Assembly: GCA_051362555.1 (NCBI GenBank)
Contig: CM120648.1
Span: 10,412,587-10,476,586 of the forward strand
Direction: 5' to 3'
DNA: 64,000 nt
Origin: Lingula anatina
Taxonomy: Eukaryota; Animalia; Brachiopoda
In this document: positions 40,351 to 52,393 of the stretch, one piece after another
Layout of the letters: each line of letters opens with the position of its first letter
Numbering within the stretch: the stretch's first letter is position 1
The notes under the pieces: generated by a model
What the model was told of the DNA's origin: nothing
Database searches by the model: none
The model's input: the letters and a program-made list of their open reading frames with translations, nothing else
Translations under genes and position numbers: made by a program

Positions 40351-43300
40351 TTAAGCATCGCAGAACTGCTCCAGGATGGACAAGTTACAGTTGGACTTTA
40401 TGCAGCATTCCTCAACCAACCCATAGCGACGCAGCCGGCCTAGGTCCTCGGTGGATATTACGTGGTCTTTGTGAACGGCGTGTCGCTTCACTGCCAGAAG
40501 GGGCGTAGCCGTTTTCTTTAGCTGGAACAGTTTGGCTAGAAAAGAGAGAGATTAATTAATGTGAGTGCGCTTGAAGGTTTAGGCTGGTCATCGCAAAGGC
40601 AAAAAAAAAAAAAAATTAAAGAAATCGTTTAGAAAATCTAAATTGATTTATCGAGTCAACTGAATACTTATTGTCATCATCTCATCTTATTGTTGATATT
40701 GTAAGTCATATGTTCAAGTACATTTAAAATGGAAATTAATAAGTGAACTCGTAGAAAAGAAAAAAAAAAGGTTTGGAAAAAGAAAATAAAACAAATCTTT
40801 AGCTATGAGGATCATTATTTCAGCTGGCCGGGGTGTTTTGAATTTTTCACAATGTCACTTTTCGTGCATCGCATCTGCTTGATCTCATTCTTCAAAATAT
40901 CCTAGTGAAAAGGCTATCACTCTTTTTTTATTCATCTGGACATGCTCTGTAAACGACAAGTTTATGGGCAACTCACTCCTTTCCTTTCGAATTTCTTTCT
41001 TTCGAAAAGTATTTCAATCAAGCTACTAGATGACATAAAGTCAGGGAGGTATCACATAAAATGAGCGAAAAAGCACCTCAACATCCTCAAAATAATTCTA
41101 ATATCATTTGTCCTAAAAGAATTCACCATCTACAAGCATAAATATGGCAAAAAGAGCTAATGTTGCAATTCCAACGTATATTAACCTGACCAAGTGCAAA
41201 CACAAAGCTATTGTCGAAGAATATTTGTACGAGAAACAGCCGAAATCAGGTTGGCGTAAAGGCTAACATTTCTGAAATTACCTACTATATTAAAATGAAG
41301 TTTATGAAGTCAACAAGATGACGAGAACGGTATTACAACTCCATCTGCACTTAAATCTCATACTGACGAAACATCAAAGACTCAATTGATCTACGTGGAT
41401 CCACCCAAGTCTGCAGGGACTCTCGCTAAGTGCAATCAGCTTAACTGAAAGACACACTCCTGTTGTTTCCGAAATACTCGTATAATCACCAGCTTTTCTG
41501 TATTGTATGCTTAACGCCAGGGGGATATATAGAAAGAGATCTACTAATAAACGCCGAAGGATGGCGGATGACTTTTCAAGGAATAGTCAATTCTAGGAAG
41601 TTTTATTAATTTTCAGGACATTTAGTGACACTTTATGAAAGTTCATTTTGCATATATCCGAAGAAAATACATTGATGTGGCATTGGCAGGGATGGGGAGA
41701 AAATGCAAAATTCAAGAATCGGTTGGTATGGGAGGGGTTTCTTTAAACTTTGTCTTTGTTTATCTTTCTATTCGTACTACCATATCTGAACCCAGAAAAC
41801 ATCAAGGTTATCTGTCATTAAAGTTACATAAGAAGTAAATTTAATGCTCAATACTGTTGTGAGTGCAGTGACATAGTCTTTCAAATGAGATTTAGAAGAC
41901 ACGATCGAGGGTTATGGCACAGCAAGAAAGCAGAAAATATCTGTTTAAATGTCATCTTTCGGGAAATTCGAAACTATATGGGAGCATTTGGTCGAGTTTG
42001 GTGACAATGATTTGACGTGTCAATTTGCTTCAAATGCATCTTTGAATAAAATGTACAGAAGCGCGTACACGTAACATCTAGAAGTTCAGTTATTTTGCCG
42101 TGACTTTCATCTCATTTGCATAGGCCTACGTGATGAAGTCGCAAGAGAAGGTACTTAAAACATGCAGTCACCAAGCAAAGTTGCTAAAGAATCTACACAA
42201 AATTAACTTTGCTTCATTATTGTTACGTAAGAAACAATTAAGCCAATTGGACTTCTTAGAAAAATCAACGACGATAACAAGCGTTAATAACCACTATTCG
42301 CCTACAGGATGCAACGGTCTTGGAACTTCTGTTTCCCTTGTCCAAATATATTCTATCCAAGCCCGTTTTCCGGATTTCTGTCGTTCTGCTGATTTGCTCG
42401 CTTGTGTGAGACGCAGGGAAAACAGAATTTTACTTGGAATCAACGCGGTAATAATTAGAATATTGCTAAACGTAAGCTTGGTTGCGCAATTTCCTTAATT
42501 TTGCTGATTTGTATTTGGAATTAACGCATGATATATAGGTTAAGGGAATAAAGCTCTCTCAGACTGATTCAGAAAATGTCTGAATTTTTTTGACTTGGCT
42601 TACCCGGCTTAACCGAAAAGCCGAATAAGTAAAATCGATTTGGCGATACTGGTATTAGAGTACATATGACAGGTTGGTCAACGGAAAAATGTAGCTGAAA
42701 TATCAGCTTAGATTGGCAAAAAGTAATATATGATTTGCACTTGCAACTCGGCTAAAAGACCGACAATAAAAACGAGATGGGCTGTGCCTTCAATTCCTTG
42801 CGTAACAAAATTACTTCGGCTAAGTTTTCTTTCTCATCGAGAGGTATACTTCAGCGATACGGCTTGTACCGGTATACTTGGAGAGACGAAAAACGCAATA
42901 GTCTAGGTATACGATAAAGAGAGCCTTTGCGCTCGTTTTAATCAACTAAAATGAAGAAAGGGCAGCCGTGGAGAACTTGAAAGTGGGAGTGAAATAGTTT
43001 CAAGCGGAATAACATGTTAAGACCTTTAAAAACATACCGGTGAAGGCTACGCCGCTATAGTAGGCCTATACCGTTAATTGTGGAAAGGGACTTAGCCGAC
43101 ATAATTGTGGCCTGGAACACATAACAGTCATCGCTAAGATCGATTTTTTTAAATCAAACTGATCCGGACACTGTTGGAGTGTTTCAAATGTCTCATGACC
43201 AGACCATCGTATTCGTATTTTTTTACGTACGCTTATGAAAAAAATATATATATAGTGCTTTGATGGGAAATGCTCTTTTTAAATTAAGCAAATATTGTTC

Positions 43301-43874
43301 GGATTTTTTTTAACGAGAATTGATGATATTAGCACAGAAAAAAGGTTTGGGGTTTGGTTTTGTGTGAGAAAAAAAAAGACTGTCGAAGCACAACCGTGCG
43401 GAAACTGCCATGACATAAATGTCTTATTAAAATTAAATTTCAGCATTGCTTTAATCGACTTTGAGTTAAATATTATAATACTCACACTTTCGTTTGAATA
43501 AAAATGAAGGACCTCACGGGCAGGTAGAGGCCGTCTTCTGGGTCTTCCGGAAAACAGTCATGATCAGATTTTCAAGTTTACATTGACGGGTATCTAATTT
43601 TTCTGTGGGAAGACGGTCAAAATGGAAGAAAAAGATCAACAAAGATGATTTGGAAGACTGTCAGAAATTATCTCTGGATCCGCCCCTGGATATACAAAAC
43701 AACGTACTCACCCATGGGTCTAGTGGGACGGTCAAAATTCACTCCTCGGCCATGACAAACCAGGTCCAAAGTATCAGCCAAAAGCTTGCCACAGAGTTTC
43801 TCGGTTTTGGCTCCTCTTGGAACTAAAGCCAAACATGCCGCGAGCAGAGATGCTATAGCGAATCTGATGGCCAT
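40351..43874 (-). CDS. Insulin-like peptide preprohormone, 115 aa; coding exons 43874-43712 and 40535-40351
   Basis: Signal MAIRFAIASLLAACLALVPRGA; B chain EKLCGKLLADTLDLVCHGRG; phase-1 intron; C peptide with KK, KR and RLRR; A chain YGLVEECCIKSNCNLSILEQFCDA*. Confidence 0.93.
43515..43688. mobile_element. Second copy of the 17016-17182 MITE, about 20 bp inside the insulin-like gene intron
   Basis: Shares gccgtcttctgggtcttccggaa...ctctggatccgcccctg; the left TIR is degenerate. Confidence 0.75.
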
Positions 43875-43993
43875 TCTAGAAAAAATACAAGCATAAATAT
43901 ATTCGAAAATTCGAATAACAGAATCTTCAAAATAGCTTCTTCGAGAAGAATGTATTGAAATTCCGAGTGTCCACGAATTTATCATTTTTGTTG

Positions 43994-44041
<48 letters not shown>

Positions 44042-44057
44042 TTAACAACATAATCAC

Positions 44058-44178
44058 CTGCAGTGTCAAAGAAGTTGCAACTACTGAGCTGATACTGTGT
44101 ACTTGAGGTGTTTCGATTTCGTTCTTAGATCCACGTACGGCTGTGAAGTGAAGCTATTGTACTGTTGTTCCTTTTATA
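44058..44178 (-). promoter_or_regulatory. TATA box (TATAAAA, 44172-44178) and probable non-coding exon 1 of the insulin-like gene
   Basis: Donor CAG|GTGAT at about 44057 and acceptor TCTAG|A one base before the ATG. A 5'-UTR intron is the classic insulin gene layout. Confidence 0.6.
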
Positions 44179-45728
44179 TCGTTCGGGAACGCCTACGAAG
44201 ACTGATTGCACGTTGAGTAGGCAAGTCCAAGTCTAAATTCGCTTTGAGGAGGTAGGTGAGTTCTGGAATTTCTTGTCTTTTTTTTGAAAGACTAGCGCTT
44301 CATCCACATAGCTACGTGCTTCTAATTAAATAAGTACACAGGTTGGCTTTGCCACTGTATCTGTTGCACTCATAAAAATATTATGCAGGTGATGAGCTAC
44401 TCAATAGCACGATTTTATTGAACATCAAATCTAATATCTGAAGGTCTCCCAATAGAAGCTATGTTGACTATCGTGTATATATAGGCTCATATGTTTTAAA
44501 TGGTTAATTCATATGCTCGTGTCATCCCCTAAACATTTGCCAAACGCATTGCTATGGAATTTTTTGTAAAATATTTAAGACCAGACAAAATGAGAAAATT
44601 GACAAGCGGGTATTTTCAGTAGTTAATAAACAGTGTGACAATGTGAATTAAAGCAGGGTCGATAGACTGCTTTGGTTTCTCGATACATGATGTCTAATCA
44701 GCACAACAGCTAAATTCTAGGGTCGTTTGTAAATTCTTCTACTCTCCAAACCAATAACCAATGCATTTTTTCGATTTAGAAAAAAAAATACAGCGAAGGA
44801 GCTCTGATTTCCTCAAAATAAGGGTCGGTCGCATTCGGTAACCATTTTATCAGTTTTGTCTGGCCTAAAAGAAAAAAAATACTAATTTTCTCTTTGCGTT
44901 TACGTAGAGCAGATGTGAAGTAAGATGAAAGCATGTGAGATCTTAATAGGCCTTAATTATAAAAGCACATGTACCATACATGTGCATTAGCAAATTGCAT
45001 AATCTGATTCATTCAATTGTTATACTAACAAATGACAATTGAGCGGGGTAATTTGTCATTGTAAGACCCCCCCCCCCTCCCCCCCCAAGACATAATTTGA
45101 TTCATTCAATAAAGATTGAGCGGGGTAATTTGTCATCATGAGCTCTCCCCCCCCCTCTTTTCCCCCTCTTCCTTCAACAAAAATCTGGATCCGTAAAAGC
45201 TGGCGTGATGTAAGCGAAAGCGAACAACTCTCTATCGTCATAAGTTCGTATGTACGTAAGAAAATCTTTATGTTCAGAAGTAAGCATACCATTTCTGGGG
45301 TTTCCAAGGTGCAGTATTAGGGCGCATTCCCATAGATTTTAGATCGATCTATCCCCGTGGGGAGTCGCACTAGATTACTGTTAAATAACCCGGCTTAAAT
45401 GTCCGTCCCGCCTACTACAAGCTGTAAAGGGGTAATTAACTTTCGTGCTCGCTCGGTTGACAGCTATATAGCGTGAACCCCCAGGGAGTTAGGTCGATCT
45501 AGTTGGATCGATCTAATCTCTGGGAATGGGGTCTTAGTTTATACTAGCGCACATACACTGTAGAGCGAATCATTTATTCCAAGCGTTTTAAACAGAATTG
45601 ACACAGGTTAAATCCTATTCATCATTCAAATCATTGTAACAGATTTAAATCTCTCTTTCTCTTTCTCTCTCACTGTCTCTCTTTCTCCCTCTTGCTATCC
45701 GGATACTTACAGATTACCTGTTCCTGGT

Positions 45729-45783
<55 letters not shown>

Positions 45784-46083
45784 TCTCTCTCTCTCTCAGT
45801 CGTCCCTCTCTCTTTCTCCCTCTCTGAAAATATTAGATTCCCTATTTATAATGACCAATAAAGGTCACAGAAATATTTCTTTAAGTATAGAACAAAAAAT
45901 AACTGCATATTTTACCTCAAGACGACATTTAAAAGTGTAAAAACATCAGCAATCATTGTGGTGTGACAGGAAACGAATGGCCTAGGTACAGTTCAAGAGT
46001 CCATTATGTCCCATATGATTAGTAAAGGTCACTAGTGGTGTTAGTCGGAAGTATCGGGACTAGTATATATTTGACGAATGTAA

Positions 46084-46399
46084 GATCGCATTCACAACGA
46101 GTTGAGCCAGGCTTTACAAATCCTGGGGACTAAATATGGCGGTCGTACATGAAAGAAAAACCGCCTTATCTTTTAATAGTCTCTCCACCTCTCACACGCC
46201 TCCCCACACCTCGTCCCTGCGGGGGGGGGGGGGGGGGGGGGTAGTCATTAAATCTCGGCTCCATTGGGACGACACATGGGGAGGCGTGTGAGAGGCGGAG
46301 AGGCTATTAAAAGATTAGGCGGTTTTTCTTTCATGTACGTCCGCCATATTTAGTCCCCAGGATTTGTAAAGCCTGGCTCAACTCGTTGTGAATGCGATC
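46084..46399. mobile_element. 316-bp palindromic MITE with TAA TSD
   Basis: Arms of about 135 bp, nearly perfect (gatcgcattcacaacgagttgagccagg... / ...cctggctcaactcgttgtgaatgcgatc), around a poly-G loop. Confidence 0.85.
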
Positions 46400-46968
46400 T
46401 AAGACTGTGTGACCATACCTAGATCGATCTTACAGTATCGATCCATCTCCAAGGGGTTTCTCGATAAACTGCTTTCAGCTTAAGCGGCTAATTAATTTTC
46501 CCCTAGCCTATTTCTGTAGGCATGACAGACATCTAAGCCGCTTAAGATGATTGCAATTTAGCGGGAATCCCCTTGGAGGTAGATCGATCCACAGTTAGTA
46601 CGATAGGGCCTGGGAATGGTCCCTAAAGTGAGATAAATGGATATGGATATGGATAGATGGGAAAAACGGACTACCGGTATGGTTCTTTGTGGATTACCTT
46701 TCTGTTTCACTTCTACATGCATTGCACATTTGGAATTAAGGGTGCTTTCCCAGAGATTTAGATCGATCTAAAGATTAATTTTTAGATCGACCTAACTCCC
46801 TGGGGGTTCACGCTAAATTGCAGTCAGCCGAGCGGGCACCATAGTTAATTACCCCCTTACAGCTTTTAGTAGGCGGGACAGACGCTTAAGCCGGCCAAGC
46901 TGACAGTAATCTAGTGGGACTCCCCACAGGGATAGATCGATCTAAAAATCTATGGAAATGGGGTGTAA

Positions 46969-47226
46969 GGCTTCATTCACATGCAATGTCTATTTTCTAA
47001 ATTCTATTTTCTATTCGCGGTATGTCTTATGATCACGGTCTGTGCCCTGAATATCCCGCGGCGTAATTACTGGCAGCGCGAGCCAGTTACTATAAGTTAC
47101 TATAAGTAACTGGCTCGCGCTGCCAGTAGTTACGCGGCGGGATATTCAGGGCACAGACCGTGATCATAAGATAGCGCGCATAGAAAATAGATTTTTAGAA
47201 AATAAACATTCCATGTGAACGAAGCC
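46969..47226. mobile_element. Palindromic MITE with TAA TSD (same family as 36755-36995)
   Basis: taa|ggcttc.ttcacatg...catgtgaacgaagcc|taa. Confidence 0.85.
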
Positions 47227-47928
47227 TAACAGTCTGTATCTTTATTTTATGTTATTAACGCTTATGCATATATTCTTATCACAATCGTGTTTAATTTCAA
47301 CCTATGGGTTGAAATAAAAAATGTATTTACTTCGTTATAAGCATTTGCAAAGTAGTAAAAGAGCAACACGTCAATTTAGAGATACAGATTTTCTTCTCTG
47401 AAATCAAAGATTTTCACGTTGTAATGAGAACAGTAAAGTTAGGATAGAGAGTAATGGGCGTCATAAATGTTAATTAAAAAGTTTCGTGGAAATGTCAACA
47501 CCCTTTTTCTGAATCACCATTACAAAACACTCCCTTCGACTTGCGTCATCCGGTAAAAAGACCCAATCACGCATTTTCTTTTTCGCCCAGTAGGTGTACA
47601 GTGTACCCTGTGCAAAACCGTTGAAATTTTAAACCCGTTTCCGAGTTCTCCGTTTCCTAATTCAGGATTGCCAATACCTGAGGTTTCGTAATAGATGCCA
47701 AAATGACCCCATATGACATATAGCTATGTGGCCATAGATTGTTCAGATTATAAAAGAATAATACGGTAATTTGATTTGATATTTTATTTTATTTATTTAT
47801 TCATTTATTTATTTATTTATTTTCTTATTTTTTTGTAATCTAGAATATATACTTGATTTCAATTTTAATAAATTACTTGAAAGCTAATTGTGAAATTCAT
47901 AACAACGTTTTTATTATTATTATTATTA

Positions 47929-47968
<40 letters not shown>

Positions 47969-48426
47969 GTAAGAAGCGCGAGGAAATTTCCATTTCTGGC
48001 AACTGGCAATACTGACAGGTATGACTTAATTAATTGTATTACGATTGATTTAACTTGGGTCAAGTAAACCAAAATTTTGGCGAAAGCACACAGACGAACT
48101 TTAAGGGGAAAAATATTTTGAGAAGTAGGTCCATGAAATTTTGCTGTCTGTTTCTGACTGCCAAAATCGGATTACCCTCAGTGCATTGCCTACTTTGTTC
48201 CATAAATGTGGTTCACGTAGACCTTATTTCTACATGGGCTTTAGTCGGTTTACATTCCACTGAAAATAAACTGACAGTCTTTATTTATGTGCAGGCTGGG
48301 ATAACACACCCAGAATTTCAGTAAAAATGAGAGTCACTATGGAGGGGGTTTAATCTTGCATTACTTTATAATATGTCATACTTAGCAAATAAGCCTAGCT
48401 TGTACGTGTTTCTTCAGTGACTCGAT

Positions 48427-48461
<35 letters not shown>

Positions 48462-51400
48462 GCAGTATATGTGTTTCAGTGTTCTCTGCAGATTGAATGA
48501 CGCAGCCAGCACCACTGCTTTACGTGTAATTAATTAACACTCTTTACTTTAATTTTATATTATTAACGTTTATCCTTATATATATTTACAACACTGTGTG
48601 GCTTTATAACAATGATTTATAACTTTGGTGGTCATTAGTGTTTTTCTTATTATAACTATTGTTATCATCAATATTCACGTTGTTGTTGCTGTTGTTGTTG
48701 TAAAAGCAAAACAAATTGATTTAGAAGCCCGTGCTTTTTCTCTCAATATAATACTTTTAGATAAGAAAAACCAAAATGGGCTTCTCACGCAAAGTTTGAG
48801 TTACGCTATATCGGTGTTTATTCCTGTCCTTTTCCGTCTCTAACTTTGCAGCTGGTAGGGGTCATTAAAGGTCATGACCTCTATTGTTCAGCGCCATTGT
48901 CCGAGACTGTCTCTTGACACTAAAACTCGAACATTTACGAGAAAAAAATCAATGTTTATTGACTGTGACATTTCTTCAGTCCCTTGTGCTTCAACATTCA
49001 CGTTCGTATTCACACCAAGCTGTTACCTCTGAGTAACCCTATATCTTAGTCCTAGAGCATGTGTGAAAAACGTATACACAACGTGAGTTCGGCGCGCCGC
49101 ATTATCTAACACTGTTACTGTTGTGCAACGCAGACCTTATCTCAACACAATACAGCAATAGGTAGTCGGACTGCTTGCACCATTTGCTGAGGGAGAGGAC
49201 AAAGATTTTTTTTTTTTTTTTTTTTGCTTACTTAGAACTTTGTTTTACTTTTGCCAGGCATTATTAATAGGATAGGCCTAGTATAAAAGCATAATTTATA
49301 GGCCTATTTAGTTCGGTCATCATGATGCACAGCTTAAATTCAATATAATTTGAGAATCAATATTAAGGCCTACAACAACAAAATGCAAGATCTGACTGTG
49401 TCTAACTACAAAAAGCAATATATTAGACTTCGCTAGTGCATTAAGGCTACTAAACATAAACAGAAAAAAAAACACATGAATAATCTTAAAGTGCATCTAT
49501 AAAACTGTGTTTAAAACCACTAAAGAGCTATAAACAATATTATTGGAATAACATTGTTTTCTATATCAAACTGTAACTCTTGGAATAGCTCATCGTCCAT
49601 AATATATTTTGGTTACTCACAAGTGTAGCCTACGTTATAATATTGCACCGTTTGTATTGCCTGTACCGTGTTGTAATGACATCTTTTTATATTTAGGTAT
49701 TATAACTTTTATATAGGGATCAAAACGCAATCCGCGATTCCATTGTTCGCGTCAGCTTTAAGTAAAGTCGCTCAAAGAAAACCCCAAGGACACATAATGA
49801 CCAGTTTAATGGTTTATTTGTTGACGCTCTCTAGCTAGCTGGTTCATCATCTACGTGAAGTCTCCAACTTCTAAACCATCTCCCATGGCTCTGTCGAGTG
49901 GCCTCCTTCAAGTCCCTCTCAATCTGAACCTCCGGTATTAATTCTGAATGTCTGATATACGTAATTCTTATCAGTGTCGCAATATTTGGGGGTACATAGG
50001 GCCTACTGATTTTCATCATTCAAATTGCACACCTCCACTTACGTTAAATAATTACAGGTAAGACCATAAAACGAGTCGAGTGCACGAGCAAGCGACTCCA
50101 GTCAAATTAATTAACATGTCTGGGAACTATATTTGTGAACTCTACAGTGTATTAGCTTAAAAGTCAGTTTTTTCACATTTTTTTTTCTAAATTTACTTAT
50201 TATCGTGAATTTGATAGTGTCCATCTAATACCCATAATACGAGTGAAATAAATCGACAAGCCACCAATTCAAACAGCATTCAAATTAAGCGCACGTATAT
50301 CATTACGTACTACAAAAATCTGTAAATATCCATTCTCCTCCGTCTCTCCCCTAAAACAGACTGATCACTCGGTCCACTAAGGGGTCAGCTTGGTCCAGTC
50401 CATGTTTCCGCTGACAAAACAAAGCTAACGTTCATATTTCACCAAATGCTACTGTCATACCATTCGCATGATGCACATAAGCATATGTATTTTTCTTTTT
50501 TTTTCTTGTTCTGTTTATCTCGTCTTAACAAGGACTGACATATTAAAATAACTCGAGCATAACCGGTAATATATTTTCGCGCCATATACGTAGCACCCCT
50601 ATTTGTTTTCAGCTCAGTCCAAGTGGACTCCGCCGATTTAATAGCCATTTTGTCCCAGTTCCATCAAGGCATCAACTCCCGGTTACACCGCAACCAACAT
50701 AAGTGCTTTGTCAAGCCGTCATAGGGAACCGGTGCACACATTCCGCTTTTTATCTATTATTTTAAACCTTCAAAGCACAAGGTAAGTTGATTTTGCTAAT
50801 GGCGACTTAAGACTGGTGACGCTTCGTTCATAACGACCCGACCTGGGAAAACGAGATTATATTTTACTTGTTTGCACCAAGTCAGCTGTGTGATCTAGCT
50901 GCTGCGTTACAAGCGTCTGTGCCACGTGGAAACAGTTTGCAAAGGGAACGCATCCTTTAATTTCATCTAACTTAAAACTAAACATATGATTTTTTCTGAA
51001 AAGTTTTCTTTTAAGGCGACACGTTGCTGCCGTGACTGAAATTCATCAAGTATTTGGGTCATTTGTCGGTCTCGTGCAAGTGACCAGTAAGATCCAACAT
51101 GGCGTCCTTCTGTACCTTGCTAATCCGACAAACAAATATTCAGTAACAGCTGTGGCTATTTTATTATTGAACCATATACTGTTGCACATTTGTTAATGGT
51201 GCTTGTTTTTACACTATGCACAGGAAGAGCTATTTTTATTAAAGCTTTACCGCGGGTGGCTTCACCCTTGGTCAGCGCGGCCATATTGGATTACTCAATA
51301 GTTGACCTAATTTTCCACAGACGCAGCAGGCAGATCAGCTGTTTCCCAGTCTTTTCGCATGGCTGGTCTTTCTCTAAAGCGCAGACTAAATCTTTCGATT

Positions 51401-52213
51401 TTACATTATTAGTGATAAAGTGCCACTACAGTGAGGTAATCTATATCTCGTTATAAGCTATGAGCGTCACAGAGTTTAGTAACGTGTAGCTTTCAGCTGC
51501 CTCTAATAACGGAGAGGGCAACTGTTTCTTACAGGATGGAAGGCCAATTTCTTGTTTGCGGTCTTCACAACTAAATTAAGGGTTCATTCCGATTGAAACT
51601 ATCGGTGTACTAAAATCGATCCAACTCCGCACTGGAACAAGAGGAGGCTTCTTAGTGTGTTAAACTGATTACTTTCAGCGAGTTTCCTCGGAGTTTTATC
51701 GGGGATGAGCCCAAAATATAAAAGTCTGAGAGGTGACAGGTCACCTTGCATTCATTTCTGAACGGGGTGAATTAATTAATTATTGTTATGATATCATCCC
51801 TTGTCATTAATTTGAAGCTTTCAAAAATGCCTCTGAGGTCTAATTAAATTCTCCTTTGACATAGTTTCATGTCAAATCATTGTCTTATGGGGCATGTTGC
51901 TTCTTTAAAGGTTAATTGTAAATTTTAAATTTTGAAATTACATAGCTCAGACTTGGCCAGCCACCTACGAAAGCAAGAATTGTCTCAATGCTCCAAAACA
52001 TATATCTAGTGAATTATAGAAGTGGTGAGAGGATAAGCTTTCTTTATTGCTGAATGCATTACATGTGGCTTCTCTGCGTGTTGTTATGAAACCGTCTTGT
52101 GAACGATAATGGACAAGTGAATTTCTGTAAGTCTCCATTTGATTTTGTTTTGTCTGTTATTTTGATGTTCAGTGATACTTGGAACCCCCCAATTAGGCTG
52201 AATCCGCGGATCT

Positions 52214-52393
52214 GCAGCACTCCCACTTTCCTGCTGTTTATGAGAATTGTTAATTGAAAAAATAAATGGTCGTTGACAGTGTTTTACCCCTTTGAATGAC
52301 ATTTCTCTGAAATGCAGCAGTCCCACTTTCCTGCTGTTTATGAGAATTTGTAATTGAAAAATGAACGATCATTGACAGTGTTTTACCCCTTTG
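52214..52393. repeat. Two-copy tandem repeat, period about 101 bp
   Basis: tcccactttcctgctgtttatgagaatt...ttgacagtgttttacccctt occurs twice. Confidence 0.85.

Noticed and set aside
43668-44069. 133-aa ORF as the complete insulin-like protein
   Set aside because: Its N-terminus is intronic (CT)n and its C-terminus runs into the intron and a MITE. The real start is at 43874 and the A chain is in a separate exon.
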